A DNA stretch of 64,000 nt from positions 10,224,328 to 10,288,327 of the forward strand of contig CAVNZM010000002.1 of the NCBI GenBank assembly GCA_963693365.1. The letters are read 5' to 3'. Within the stretch, counting starts at the first letter, position 1. Each line of letters begins with the position of its first letter. A model generated the notes under the pieces. It was not told the origin of the DNA. It ran no database searches and worked only from the letters and a program-made list of their open reading frames with translations. Made by a program: the position numbers and the translations under genes. Below are positions 1 to 38,371 of this stretch, in pieces. This stretch comes from Amoebidium appalachense. Taxonomy: Eukaryota > Protista > Ichthyosporea.

Positions 1-236
1 CTGAAGAGACCACGACTGGATTGAATCTTCCTTGCATGATATATAAATAGTGCTCGCCCGTGCCTTGCTTGGGCGAGCCCAGGGCTGGGCACAGGCTGGG
101 GGAAAAGGGGGGGGGGTTGTGGTGTAATGCATTATATTGTTAACAAGATGTAGTTATGTGTGCGATATTGGATCATACTTTCTTGTGAATTCGGCGGTCC
201 GCCGAGGGGAGTGGGAGGGCCCGGGTATAGTACAGG

Positions 237-276
<40 letters not shown>

Positions 277-1167
277 CGGGACGTGATGAGTCATAAATGT
301 TAACAAGAGGCAGTTATGTGGTGGTGGTGAGGGGGGAATGAGGGGGAGACTCTCGGGAGAGAGGGGAGGGAGGGGGAGACTCTCGGGAGAGGGGGGGGGG
401 GGGGGGGGGGGAGGGGATAAGGTCACTAAATTTCACGATACTTCAGGTTTCGAAAAGCGAGCAAGCCCTAATAATTAGCCTCGTATGACGTAGTAGAGTT
501 ATATTTGTTCAGTCCCGTTTAAAGCCGTATGTAGGTAAGATGTATGTACATAGAAAATGCAACTTGAAAACTAATACATTGCCTAAGCTACTGTGTACAG
601 GCGTCCTTGATAATTAAACACCATTGAAACAAGTTGAAAGTTTGAACTTGAAACACGCTGATGCTTCCAGAAGCCAGCTTTAGGTCATCCAATCACGTAG
701 TATCATGTGAGGCGTGTAATTGTAAGTCGTATACCCGGTGGACGCGTCGAGCATGATAAGAATCATCGATTGTTGAAACATATAAGTTTGTGTGGTAGCT
801 AGGGCCGGGATGCGACCTACTTGCACCATTTAGTATGAGACATCATATAGCTCAAAATCATATTTGTAACGGAGGAAAAACTTGACTGTATCAGGGCCTC
901 CTATTGTACAGAAGTTACAGAATATGTGCTACATAATGGCATGCGATACGTTTTTTATTATAGCTTCTGTCATCTCCGATGATATACCCCACTCTGCTGG
1001 CGTCATCCCGGCAAAGATTGACTCTCATCATCTTGCAATTTGCCCGACCGTTTCAGTTTTTTTGTCACTGAGAGCTTGTTTGTCACTGAAACATTCGGGC
1101 CCAAGTCTCTTTCCCCACTTTTCATTTACAGAAACAGTGAACTATCTTCAGCTCGAACAACTCGAGA

Positions 1168-2145
1168 ATGACAGGCAGCTTTAATGACGAACTCTCCGGG
1201 GGACCCTCCAAGCTAATTGTGAATGCTCGTCAGCACATGAACCATCGGTTACGGGCTTGCATGAGCACCTGGACACCTGGTCACACCTTTCAAACATCAA
1301 TGCACGGAAGGGCTAGAAACCAAAGAGAGATGCGTCCGCTGTCTGCTCGACAAGCACAGACAGAAGATACAAGAGATACGTGTTTTAGTTAGCGATGAAG
1401 AAGATCATCTTGAGTATGATGACCTTTGGCTCCTTCGTTATGTTCTGTCATACGGATCAGTGGAAAAGGCAGCAAACGCAGCCAGGAATGGAATAACGTG
1501 GAGGCGTGAAAACGCAGACTTGGTAAAGAGGGCGCGAATAGGGATTATCCCACCAAACGATGAGTTTATCACCAAGCACCCTACGCCATCAATGCACAAG
1601 CAGGCCAAGGATGGCAGCCTTTTGCACGTAACACGCATGGGTGTGTCGAACCCATTCAAGGTAACAAGCACATGGGCAGATGATGAGATCCTGGATTGGA
1701 TGATGTGGAGGAAGGAACAATGCTATCGCCTGTGCGACACGGCAACACGAAAACAGGTCTTCTGACGAAATCAAGCAACATTCTGGATTTCCGTTTCACG
1801 TCCATCTTCACTGCCAGAGACCCAAACATTGAACGCATCATCTCGCAATCAGGAAAGATCTCGGAGAATCTGTACCCACAGTTGGTGCACCAGAACATAT
1901 TCTATAACCTACACTACTTCTTGAACTTCTTCATAGGCATTCTGCAAAATTTTCTCTCCAGGAAGATGGCAGAAAAGGTCGTGTGTTGCCCCACACACTC
2001 CGACTCTCCCGACATCCAATCGTGCGAGTTTGTGAACGGCCATTTTGAACTTTGCAACCTGCCCACGTTTCTTGGTGGCACGTGTGACTGTGTAGGTGGG
2101 TGTGTGCCGGGCGTTCCCAACGATGCAACGGCACCCCTGCAGTAG
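1168..2145 (+). pseudogene. Intronless CRAL-TRIO/Sec14 lipid-binding protein gene with frame disruptions (pseudogene or sequencing indels)
   Basis: The frame of ORF 1460 extends upstream as YDDLWLLRYVLSYGSVEKAANAARNGITWRREN (CRAL-TRIO N-terminal motif DDxxLLRF...VEKA...WR). After CDTATRK a shift in the A4 run at ~1750-1753 continues into the frame of ORF 1696: TGLLTKSSNILDF...SENLYPQLVHQNIFYN...KVVCC...LPTFLGGTCDCVGGC, TAG at 2143-2145. The upstream frame is closed by TGA at 1262, and the nearest ATGs (1168, 1237, 1261, 1300, 1330) are in another frame, so the 5' end is uncertain. Confidence 0.75.
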
Positions 2146-3170
2146 TAGTCTGGAATGCATGTGTTGGTTTTGAAATGCAAGTACCCTCGAGAGCTATACG
2201 TGATAGTCTTGGCTGCCATATCACGTATGTTTATGTATCAAGCAGCCGTGCGTAGCCGCCGACTCCTGCGTAGCTATTTAAACTTACGGTCACTGAATAT
2301 CATACAGGCCACGACAAAAAGGGAGAAAACTAAAGCAATGCAACCCACCTGATCATAGGTATGGCTGGTGGCTCCGAATGTCTCTGGCCAGCGCAATGAT
2401 GTTTTTTGGTTACACTTTCGCACAGGCTTTCCTCCTCCCAACCCTTCCCCTCCCCGCTTCTCCCTCCCCCCCCCCACCAAAAAAAAAAAAAAAAGAAGAA
2501 GAAGAAAAAACACCTATCCCCTATCCTCCCGCCCCGCCCCCCCCTCCCCCTCCCCCCCCCACCCCTCCCCCGTCCCCCTCCCCTCCTCCCCGTCGCTACA
2601 CCAACATACCCCCCCACACACACACACGTGAACACGCAAGCAGGTACACACATACGCGCACACAGCTGAGCAAGCCTGGAAGAGCGGGCGTATCGTGTAC
2701 ACACGTGTAATCATAGCGGGATGCACATGCCATTACTAAATACAGAGTGTTCTGTTCAGCACACACAGCTCAAGGAGTTTGTACATGTGTTCAATGTGTG
2801 CTAATTTTAACCCCTTCCCCCCCACCTACCACTGTGTGTGTGTTCTTTTGGGTGTGAGTGCATAATGTTATCGTGCAAACTCTGGGCCCCTGTGCTTGTG
2901 CCAGGTCACCAGGGAGATCCTCAGGGAAGTTGAAGGAGAAGAGGCCGGGCGGGAGGAGGGGGGGGAGGAGGAAGAAAGAGAGATGCCAAAGCCAGGCAGG
3001 CGGTGGCGTATCCTGAGGGAGAGAGGACACCTGGTAGGGGACGGAGGAGGGATTTACTGGTACTGTACCGTCTTAAGTTACACTGTGAATGTGTGGCGGG
3101 GCTTGTGTGGGGGGGAGAGGCAGGGTTGGGGGGGGGGGGAATGGAGGGAGATGTGTGTGTGTGTGTGTAC

Positions 3171-3202
<32 letters not shown>

Positions 3203-3299
3203 CTGTGTGCCTGTGTGGGTGTGTGGGTGTGTGTGTTTGTGTGTGTAATGTGTGTGTGTGTGTGGTGTGTGTGTGTGTGCTGTGTGTGTGTGTGTCACT

Positions 3300-3398
<99 letters not shown>

Positions 3399-3689
3399 AG
3401 GGGGGGGGGGGGGAGGGAAAGGAGGAGGGGGAGGGGCAAGTGGCAAAAGTTTCTGAAAGAGAGGTTTAAATCCAACATGGCACCGGAAAGAATAGGGAGC
3501 CGGAGTATAATTAGATGGCCTGAGCTCGATAATTGCATATGAGCAGCTCACTAAACCAGAGGGTACGTGGTTGTGGGTTGTAAGTGTGTGCCTGTGCGTT
3601 ACTTTGGAGGACGGGTGGGGGAGGGGGTGGGGGGGTGGAGGGGAGGGGGGAGGGGGGAGGGGGAGTGGGGGGGGGGGGGGGGGGGGGGG

Positions 3690-3722
<33 letters not shown>

Positions 3723-4383
3723 ATACGTACGGTTAGACTAAATGAATACGTACAAACGGTTTTGTGAAACATGATCTCCCAGATGAAATCACGACGAAAG
3801 GGGTATGAGTGTGCGTGTGCATGTGCATGTCATTGCCATGGTGTGAGCGAGTGTGTTGACATTTTTGCCCTGCAATTCGAGCACAGGTGGAGGAAACAGA
3901 GTTAGTAATACGGAGAGGGCCCACACGGGCCGGGGGATGGGGGGGAGGGGAGGGGGGGGGGGGGGAGGGGAGGGGGGGGGGGGAGGGGGGGGGAAGGGAA
4001 TGCACTTGGGAGAAAAGGGCAAGGTTGCAGAAACTTTAATTGATCAATAATTATTGGCTGCTACGATATCGATGCTCCAGGCACCTTGTGAGCAACAGCA
4101 TAGTGGCTGATGCTTATGTGAGCGATCTTCGGTTTGAATATTCACGGTGGTAATCACTAATACCCTAGGTAATTGAACTCACGAAAAATGGTAAAAACCG
4201 AAAATAAAGTACTACTGAACAACACAGTCTGATGTTAAACTTCACCAACTAAGATTCCCCTCCCCCCCCCCCCTCCTTCCCCCCCCCCCCCCCCCCCCCC
4301 CCCCCGATTTACTCTGTGTGTCATTCATGTAATCAAGAAGCTGTATGTAAGTAATTGTGGCGGGTGTGTGTATCATAGCCCAT

Positions 4384-5796
4384 TTACGCAAACATTTGGA
4401 ACGTGCTAGCGTCCTGAATGATTCCAGCAACAGCCGAGATAGTCCCCATCACCCCAGCCAAAATGCCACCAACGATAACGGCATGGCAGGCAAACCGCTC
4501 AACCCTACCCATATCATCCCCACGGTACATAAGATACATCGCGGCCGGGAAGATAAACGTCAGAGGCATGCAGGCAAGGGCACCAAACAGACCCATAATG
4601 TCGCCAAAGAACGGGATAGCGCACGCAACAAACCACGTGCCGATGACAAAGGAGCAACGGATAGGGAACCGGAAGAACCTCGGGCGCTTAGCAACGGCTT
4701 CCATGTTACGCGCAGCCGCGCGCTCCATTTTCTCAAACAGGGGGAGGGTCAAAACTTGATAGGTAATAACGACGTGAAAAACGATGAAGGCCTCTGCAAC
4801 TGTAACGGCCGCAGAAACAACAGGACTACTGCTTGCCTGCTGAATGCTGATGAGAATGTTCGAGTTGACGCCGCTACCAAACGCATAGTAGCCGGTGCAC
4901 GCGCTAGCAAAGTAAAGAATGATGACAAACACCCAAGTGAGGGAGATGGCCTTAACGCCCTCTTTGGTGGGGCAGGGGATAGGCCTCAGTGTCGCCTGGA
5001 TTTCGGGAAGAATCACGTTGACGGAGCAGGCAAACACTACCGTTGAGATGCCAGTGAAAACACTGCAGACAATGTTCCAAACGCTATCTGATGCAGGCAT
5101 AGAGTAGCTCACATCGGGCTGTTGGCCAAGGGATGCACACAGAGCCACAGAGATGGTGCAGCAGCCAAGGGTAGCCATAGCCGCGAGGAGGGAGACACCC
5201 GAAATGCTCTCCAGAGAGGGGAAGAACGAAAGAAGGAGCTCGACAGCAGCGACACCGCTCGTCCAGACCATCTGACGTACGTGCGTGCAGTTTTGGCAGT
5301 GGCCGCGGTATATGGCGTCTATCATGGTGCCAGCAATGATGAGAAAAGCAATGGCTGAGCCAACAATGATGACCACCTGGAAGGGTGCCACCAGGTAGGC
5401 AGCCAGCCTTTCCCCCATTGTGTATTCGGCTACCCCGTAGTAGGTGTTCAGGCGCCGTGGCTTGGTGCTCTCTTCTTCGTGCGTGCGTGTCACGAGCATG
5501 TGCGCGAGGAGCACGGTGGTGTAGTAGCTAACAACAAGGACGGAAACCAGCGTGATTATACCTCCGGCCCATGTGAGTTGTGCAAATGCATGCGGGAGAC
5601 CCAATACGCCAGCACCGGCAATAACTGTGCACATGTGGAATGCAGCGTGGAACCAGCGTGCGTGAGGTTCTGTGACGATTCCTTCGGACACCGGCACGTC
5701 GTATTCAGGATTTTTGCTGAGTGCTGTAATAAGGTTGCCGTAGTACTTCTTGTCGTCGTAGGCCTGGCCTGCCGGCAACGAGGAAATGGTCGCCAT
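4384..5796 (-). CDS. Amino acid/auxin permease (AAAP, Aa_trans) family transporter, LHT (lysine-histidine transporter)-like, single exon, 470 aa
   Basis: Uninterrupted ORF with about 11 hydrophobic segments. Motifs WFHAAFHMCTVIAGAGVLGLPHAFAQLTWAGG, RLNTYYG, LPEIQATL, GYYAFG and AIPFFGDIMGLFGALACMPLTFIFPA match plant LHT/ProT/GAT-type AAAP carriers. Confidence 0.93.
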   Translation of the reverse strand: MATISSLPAGQAYDDKKYYGNLITALSKNPEYDVPVSEGIVTEPHARWFHAAFHMCTVIAGAGVLGLPHAFAQLTWAGGIITLVSVLVVSYYTTVLLAHMLVTRTHEEESTKPRRLNTYYGVAEYTMGERLAAYLVAPFQVVIIVGSAIAFLIIAGTMIDAIYRGHCQNCTHVRQMVWTSGVAAVELLLSFFPSLESISGVSLLAAMATLGCCTISVALCASLGQQPDVSYSMPASDSVWNIVCSVFTGISTVVFACSVNVILPEIQATLRPIPCPTKEGVKAISLTWVFVIILYFASACTGYYAFGSGVNSNILISIQQASSSPVVSAAVTVAEAFIVFHVVITYQVLTLPLFEKMERAAARNMEAVAKRPRFFRFPIRCSFVIGTWFVACAIPFFGDIMGLFGALACMPLTFIFPAAMYLMYRGDDMGRVERFACHAVIVGGILAGVMGTISAVAGIIQDASTFQMFA

Positions 5797-5982
5797 TTTG
5801 TGCCGAATGAGGAGGGCTGAGTACTCTTACAACGTTAAGTCAACCAGAAATGGATATATATGAGCTGAAGTAAGCCTTTATCTATCTCCGAACGACTGGT
5901 TGTTGATGGTTACTGTTATTTGTTCGCAAGTGACCGACCAGCACGCTGCAGACTGAATAATCTGAGCCGCCCATTAGTCTTG

Positions 5983-5990
5983 TTTATATA
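5983..5990 (-). promoter_or_regulatory. Candidate TATA box of the amino-acid transporter
   Basis: TATATAAA on the minus strand, about 190 nt upstream of the ATG at 5796. Confidence 0.4.
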
Positions 5991-6491
5991 GTTAACGACC
6001 TTCCCCCCCGCACATACTTTCGGTGCTTTTGTTTGAAGAGCAGCTTCAAGAGCTCGTGACCACGATCGAGTCGTGCGAGATCATGACATGATTCATGAGT
6101 CACATTATATATGCCTCCTTTGATCCCTAAACTTACGGCGTATGGGGCGTGTTGGTGTGTATGTTATACTGCAAAAATAAACTGAAACGGTTCCTGGTGT
6201 CTACAAAGGTTGAATGCACTATGGCGATTGGCGAAGCCAGTGCTTACTGACTTTCATCATTATGTTTTGGTGTAGGGGGACTTTGCTAATCCAGCGCGTC
6301 GACCAATCGTTCAGCATTATGTGAAAACAGAAGAACGAATCACTGAATATAGACAGAAGAATCTACCAATCGGATGTTTGGAAGGTTAACCAATAGGAAC
6401 ACACAGGCGCCAGATCTAGATCTGTCGACTTGAGCTGCCTGCTGCCGCCGCCCGCGGCCCTGGAGGGAGAGGGGAAGGAGAGGGGAGGAGA

Positions 6492-6567
6492 GGGCGGGCG
6501 GGCGGGCGGGCGGGCGGGCGGGCGGGCGGGCGGGCGGGCGGGCGGGCGGGCGGGCGGGCGGGCGGGC
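6492..6567. repeat. (GGGC)n tetranucleotide repeat running into poly-G
   Basis: About 19 copies of gggc, directly visible. Confidence 0.9.
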
Positions 6568-6672
6568 GGGGGGGGGGGGGGGGGGGAGGGGGGGAGGGGG
6601 GGAGGGGGGGGGGAGGGAAGGGGAAGGGAGGGGGGAAGGGGAAGGGGGTTAGTCGGTTTTGAACGAGATAGC

Positions 6673-7831
<1,159 letters not shown>

Positions 7832-8071
7832 TCTCTTACACAGACAAAACAGTCTTGCCTTCCCCCCCCCCCCCCCCCCCCCCCCCCCGCACCCCCTCTC
7901 CTCCCCCCGCCGGCCCTGCGCTTGTTCTTTTCCTCTTTCTTGTTGAACACATTAAATTGCAATAAAATGATGTGGCGGCGCTGTGAAAACAGTGGAAACC
8001 TATTCATAGTCTTGGTTGTGGTACCACACACATGATACGTGTGTCACCGATGCAATTGGAATACCCGGCCT

Positions 8072-8113
<42 letters not shown>

Positions 8114-8217
8114 CACACACAGGAAAAAAAAAAAAGACAACAACCATTTCTTTTGTCCTCACGATTGCTGTCTATTCGTGCACACAACTTTATCCCCGGC
8201 CCCCTTTCCCTGCAGCC

Positions 8218-8361
<144 letters not shown>

Positions 8362-8509
8362 GGGTCCCACCTCGGGTCAGCTTTTCCTTCAAATCCTCTC
8401 CGAATCCTTGCTGCACCGGCCCTTGGGACAGTCTCTGTTTTCACAGTTTTCCATGGTCACAACCCTCCCTCCCCTCCCTCCCCTCCCTGCCCCCCCCTCC
8501 CCCCCCCCC

Positions 8510-8612
<103 letters not shown>

Positions 8613-9258
8613 AACCACACCACCACCGCCACCACCACCACCACCACACGCACTGCCACGTTCGACTGTGGCCTCAGTTGCCGTATGACTAAGTATACTC
8701 TGGCGATCTTTCAAGGGTATGAGATGGCACGTGATCAGTCGCTTCGGACGGAAAGTTTTGTCGGCCTTGAAAAATAAGACCTACCTTAAAAGGTAGCAGA
8801 CCTTTTCCCCGTCACTTGCACTTTTCGTTTTTGATTGACTCAGAATAAAGACATGTACATGCGACAGGCCATTATATCTTATGGGTATCCCCAGAGACTA
8901 ATTGACAATGTCAGGGTTGCAGGTCTCCCCCCCCCCCCCCCCCCTCCCCCCCTCCCGCCCCCCCCTTCTCCCCTCCCGCCCCTTCCCCACTCACGTGCAC
9001 AGTATTCTCCCCCCCCCCCCCCTCCCCCCCCCCCCTTCCCCCTCCTCCTTCTCTCTCTCCCCCCCCCCCCCCCCCCCAATACCCACCCACCCACACACAA
9101 ACACACCTTTTCCTCCCACAGACACACATCAATGTCACAGTGTCCTCCTTGAAGCTCAAACGGTGTTTGTTGTTCCCTGGTGGATGTACGCTGCAAGTTT
9201 GTTTGTTTTGTGTGTGTGTGTGTGTGGGGCCGGGGGGGGGGGGGGGGGGGAGGGGGGG

Positions 9259-9315
<57 letters not shown>

Positions 9316-9591
9316 AGAGTCTAAGGGCAAACGGCTGCAGTCCTTAGCCAGTCAAACCAGCCGCTCATGCACAAATTAAGGGGTAGAGGTGTGTAGTGGA
9401 GCGTGTTAGAATCGTCCCTGTTTCATGTGCAATGATGTGTGGTGCTGATGCCACGGTGCATAGTGATGATCATGACTCACAGCTGAACATAAAAATTCAC
9501 CCCGATCCATACCGGCCCATATTGTACACCACTACTGGGACCTTGTGTAACAGCTTCACAATTGCAAAACATGAAAACGCTACAGTCCGGC

Positions 9592-9639
<48 letters not shown>

Positions 9640-10219
9640 GAATGGAGGGAAGGAGGGGGAGGGGGGGAGGGATCTGAGAAGTAGAGTCTTTACAGAGGCA
9701 CAGTGGTGTGAAGGGTAGCATGGTTGGCACAGACTTCTAACACAACGTACGCAACATACAACTGAGCCTGTCAGTCGTGTGTTACGATGGAGTTTCTACG
9801 ATGATATCTGGTAGGACGGGGATGAATCTGATTGGCTATTACAATAGAGTAATTCCTATTGGTTATACGCGCACTCTTACCATACATGGTAAGTACGTGA
9901 TCTCTACACATGTGGATGATGGCGTCAGTATAGTAGATGAAGTGTGGCTTGCTCACACGCGTGCACACTCATCATACTTTAGCTGTTGGGGGGGGGGGGG
10001 GGGGGGGGGGAAGGAGGGGGGGGAGGGATTGGTTGAGCTGTGACTGGTTTTTCTTCCTGAACTTACTGCAACAGTTATGTAGCAGTCGGTGTGTGTGTGT
10101 ACACGTCGTGCGTGTGTGTGTGTGTGTGTGTGTGTGCGCATCTAATTAGCCTCTGCATTTACATCATGAACCGTGCCTTGCTCTAAGTTTCTCTCCCGAG
10201 AAAAATTCTTTTTGGCCGA

Positions 10220-10262
<43 letters not shown>

Positions 10263-10426
10263 GGAGGGGGGGGGGGGGGGGGGGGGGGTCGGGTTGTTAT
10301 ATAGCAGGTGGGCTAATCAATTGCAGGCCAACGTTTACGAGGAAGGAAACCTATAAGACCCTTAAGCACTAATAATGTTACAAGCATGCGGCATTTACCC
10401 ATTTCCACACACACACATGCATGTAT

Positions 10427-10630
10427 GGGGCATTGTATACTTTTGCGCACACATACACACGTCATTTTATGTTTTTGCACACACACCCATGGGTTGCTTT
10501 GTATTTTTGCACACAAAAATATGAGTCAATATGAGTCGGTTTGTAATTTAGTACACACGCCTGGGTCGTTTTGTACTTTTGCACACACACACGTGGGGCA
10601 TTTGGTACTTTGGCACAAACACGCATGTGG
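10427..10630. repeat. Degenerate ~30-35 bp minisatellite
   Basis: Recurring ggg(c/t)...ttgta(c/t)ttttgcacacac core, about 6 diverged copies. Confidence 0.55.
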
Positions 10631-11445
10631 AAGTTGAAATTTTCCAGTGATTTCACGGCTATAAAGCGACATCATATGCATCATTTTATTCACCGAGTGG
10701 CATTAATGCCGTCCTACACGTAGCTTATTTGAAAAAACGGTTTGCTACAGGCACACTACGGGCAAAGGTTTTTTTGGTGATTATATTTCTTATGTACAAT
10801 CACGCAAGCCTTTAACCAGTCCTGCAAACAATTATGTTCATATGTTCCATCATACATTCTCCTGCATTGCTGTGGCATGATATCCAACCTATACTTTGCC
10901 AGCATTACATACCATCATCATTATTTCCACACATAGGCCTACACATTACATGATCGTTGCACCACTCAACCAACCAACTATACAAACACATACATTACAC
11001 GTTAACTCACTGGTACCTATCGCTTCTTCAAATAGCGAACATTCAAGCATGCACACAACCTCATACCCACGGCACCAATTACGAGCATAAACAGCCCACA
11101 TACCAACACATACGCAGGCAAAATTCACCATACTTAACAGTACCACGTTATCATAACACTACCGAGTGCTGCTGTAAACATAACCGTATAGATGCAGCAT
11201 TATCGCTATAGCTCTCCAATGCATAGACTGGGAGGTGAGGGTGGGGGGGGGGAAAGAGTGAAAGAGAGGCGAGAGGTAAGAGAGCGACAGGAAATGAGGG
11301 GGGGAGGGGGAAGACGCAGGAAGAGCGGGAGAGAGAGCACGTGTATGTGTGCGCGCGGGTGTGTGCGTGTGTGTGTGCGCCCGCATACGTGTGCGCATGT
11401 ATCCGTATGCACCCACCCATACCCCCACACCCCCCAGACACCATT

Positions 11446-35706
<24,261 letters not shown>

Positions 35707-37457
35707 TGTTGATGAAAGAAGCCACGAAAGAGGGCGTGCATGCGGGATCAAGGGTGCTGGTGTTGACTACAAAAGAGAAAATGTGTTTGTAGCTAGGTTC
35801 AAAGGGGTGGAAGGGGGCTGAATGCGCCCCCTCCTTTCGATGACCTTTCAAAAAAAAGACCTCACCGCCCTACTATAACCAACCGCTTTGCTTCCGATCA
35901 GTGTTTGGAAATGTTTCGAAGCTGATCTGGCAGATGCACCTGTGTGTTTCCCATTCAGGAGCATCCGAGCAACCCAACGGGCACCTACTTCTCGTTGAAA
36001 GATGACCACTTATGCTCAAGTAAACACAGCAGTGGTAAGTTTGCTTGTTATCTACACCATCCACCAAGGAGCTATGACTACAGCTTGAGGTTTGAACCTT
36101 GCCGCAACTTCCAGCCCGCCGCCTGAGTCAGTGCCATTCGGTCAGTTGACTCGCCAAGCCTGTCTGAACATCATCCGCGGCTGCGGTGAGCCTGCTGCTC
36201 ATCAAAACACCAATCAAAGTGCTGGAAATTACACTAGATATAGTAACCGACTCATTAGCCATATATGGGTAGACTGCGCAACCTGGGGGCTGAGGCTAAT
36301 CTTGAGAATTCTTACATCTGTGCGTGATACGTTCCAGCCACACACTAGTATCATATATGCTATTTATTTACAGCAATATATATGTCTTTTATGATAACAG
36401 AGAATACTGAGCAAGTAATTACATAAAATTTTGGGCTTCCTCTCGGTGCGGCCCGCAGGTCCGGATGATCCCGAGCGAGCCGTTAAACTATTGCTGAACA
36501 GCCAATCAAACCGCTTAGATAAATTTGTAGCGGTTTGGCGCTGAATTTGAACTTGCAAGTTGCAACCAGTCCGATCATGATCATGGGTCGGCGACGGCAA
36601 CGCCTTGCAAAAGCTGCGAACGAAAATATCGTGCAACAAGTGAATGCATTGATCGTGATTTCAGTTTCACATCACACTAGCAGTATGAAGATTTCAGAAG
36701 CTGACGGATGTTAGAAAATTATTATAACCGTTGCTATCATGCTGATGTTATGCTAGCGTGGGTTAGAAATAGTTGAGATAATTTTTTAAGTAACTGAAAA
36801 CATATGCTTGCAGTGGCAGTTTCCCTTGCATGCATGTGTCCCCTTCCTAGACCGATAAAGAGGGGGAAAAACACACACGGTGGTTGCCGATAGAAAACAA
36901 AGTATACACAGTGGTTGTTGAGAGGGCTTTTTTAAGCATCATATTATAGCTCAATACCAAGCGATTCTTTCCTACTACTTTGCAGAGAGCTGCCAGGCGA
37001 CAAGTCACCAGCGTTAAGGTAACCACTCTAACACCATAAAGAAAACGTAGCACACGCACAACCCGTTTTTTTCGTTTTAGAACTTCCTGCTTCGCTTATG
37101 CTTGTCACCCGTCGTATTTAAAGCATGAAGGCGAAGATGGCTGCATGAAGCAGACAGACTCGGGGGTTCTTTCCTCTAATATTGATGTTCATAGTTGAAA
37201 AAAAAAACCACCACCATACACAACTTTTGTGCCTTTATTCTTTCCTCTACTAAGAGAGCTTCTGCCGCTACCCACATTTCCCCATAGAACCTGACAACTT
37301 GCCCGCATACATTTTGGTGGGAGGGGTTTGTGGTGCATACTTTTGCACTCATTTCATACATCTTGCAGAGTAGTAGACAGCTGACTGTGCGCACATCATC
37401 TGAACCATTGTAACCTCCCGATCAGCAGGGGCCTTCCTCCCCATCACCACCGTCACC
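35707..37457. promoter_or_regulatory. Divergent intergenic/promoter region between the HECT ligase and the polo kinase, including a probable 5'-UTR intron of the HECT gene (35865-35767, minus)
   Basis: Start codons at 35706 (-) and 37458 (+) face away from each other, and the region lacks microsatellites. Minus-strand G|GTGAGG donor at 35865 and ttttctcttttgtag acceptor at 35767. CCAAT at ~36210 and ~36502. Confidence 0.6.
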
Positions 37458-38047
37458 ATGTTTGCAGCTGTTGCCGGCTACTCCTCCAAGCTTGGAGGAG
37501 GCCTAAAGCCTGCTGCGGAAGTGCTCAAAGTCAACAATACTGCCTACGTTAAGGGCAGGCTCCTGGGCTCGGTAAGGCGTTTATTGCAGTGTGTTATTTC
37601 TGAGCTCTGTGTGATAGCAAGTGGTTTTTGCGTGTTTTTGGGGACGAAACTGTGCGCTCAACAAGAAGATTATGGAAGATAATGTTCTTAGAACTGTTGA
37701 ATTTATGCACATCTGGTAATTATTGCACCGTTCATAGGTTTTTGGGTTTGGGGGTGAGAGAGGAAGGGAGATAGGGAGGGACTGATGTGGCAGGAGAGGC
37801 ATGTTTATGGTTCCCTTTCCACCTACCTGTTCTTTTCACGTTGCCATGCATTTGCACGTTCATCACTGCCAGGCACACATTCACCTTCACACCCAAAAAG
37901 AAAGTACACTTTGCACCCATGGACTCCATGTTAGTCTTATGTAGCAAACATCACGCTTCATGGCAGTGTTGGTTGTGGTTGTGTGCACACACCTGTCCCA
38001 CCCACAAGCTTCTTTTTTCAGCCCTTTTCCACCCTCTACAACCGCCA

Positions 38048-38099
<52 letters not shown>

Positions 38100-38292
38100 G
38101 CCATGGGAGCACACAGTCGAAAGTTCGACGATCGTGTGCGCACATCACTTATGCTGCTCGCAACCTTCAGCCAATTTCTTTGCGAGGAATGACATTGCTA
38201 AGAACGTGCATATGGAAATCACGAAAAAGTGGAGCTAAACTTGAAATGTTTTTTTTTTCTTTTTCTTTTTCTCCTTTTCATTCTGTGTCTAC

Positions 38293-38371
<79 letters not shown>

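Noticed and set aside
2340-4130. Scattered exon-like islands on the minus strand downstream of the transporter
   Set aside because: I could not assemble a consistent frame or recognise any motif.
8690-10200. Short complex-sequence islands and ORFs (9396-9641, 9777-10043)
   Set aside because: Candidate splice combinations hit stops and there is no recognisable protein similarity.
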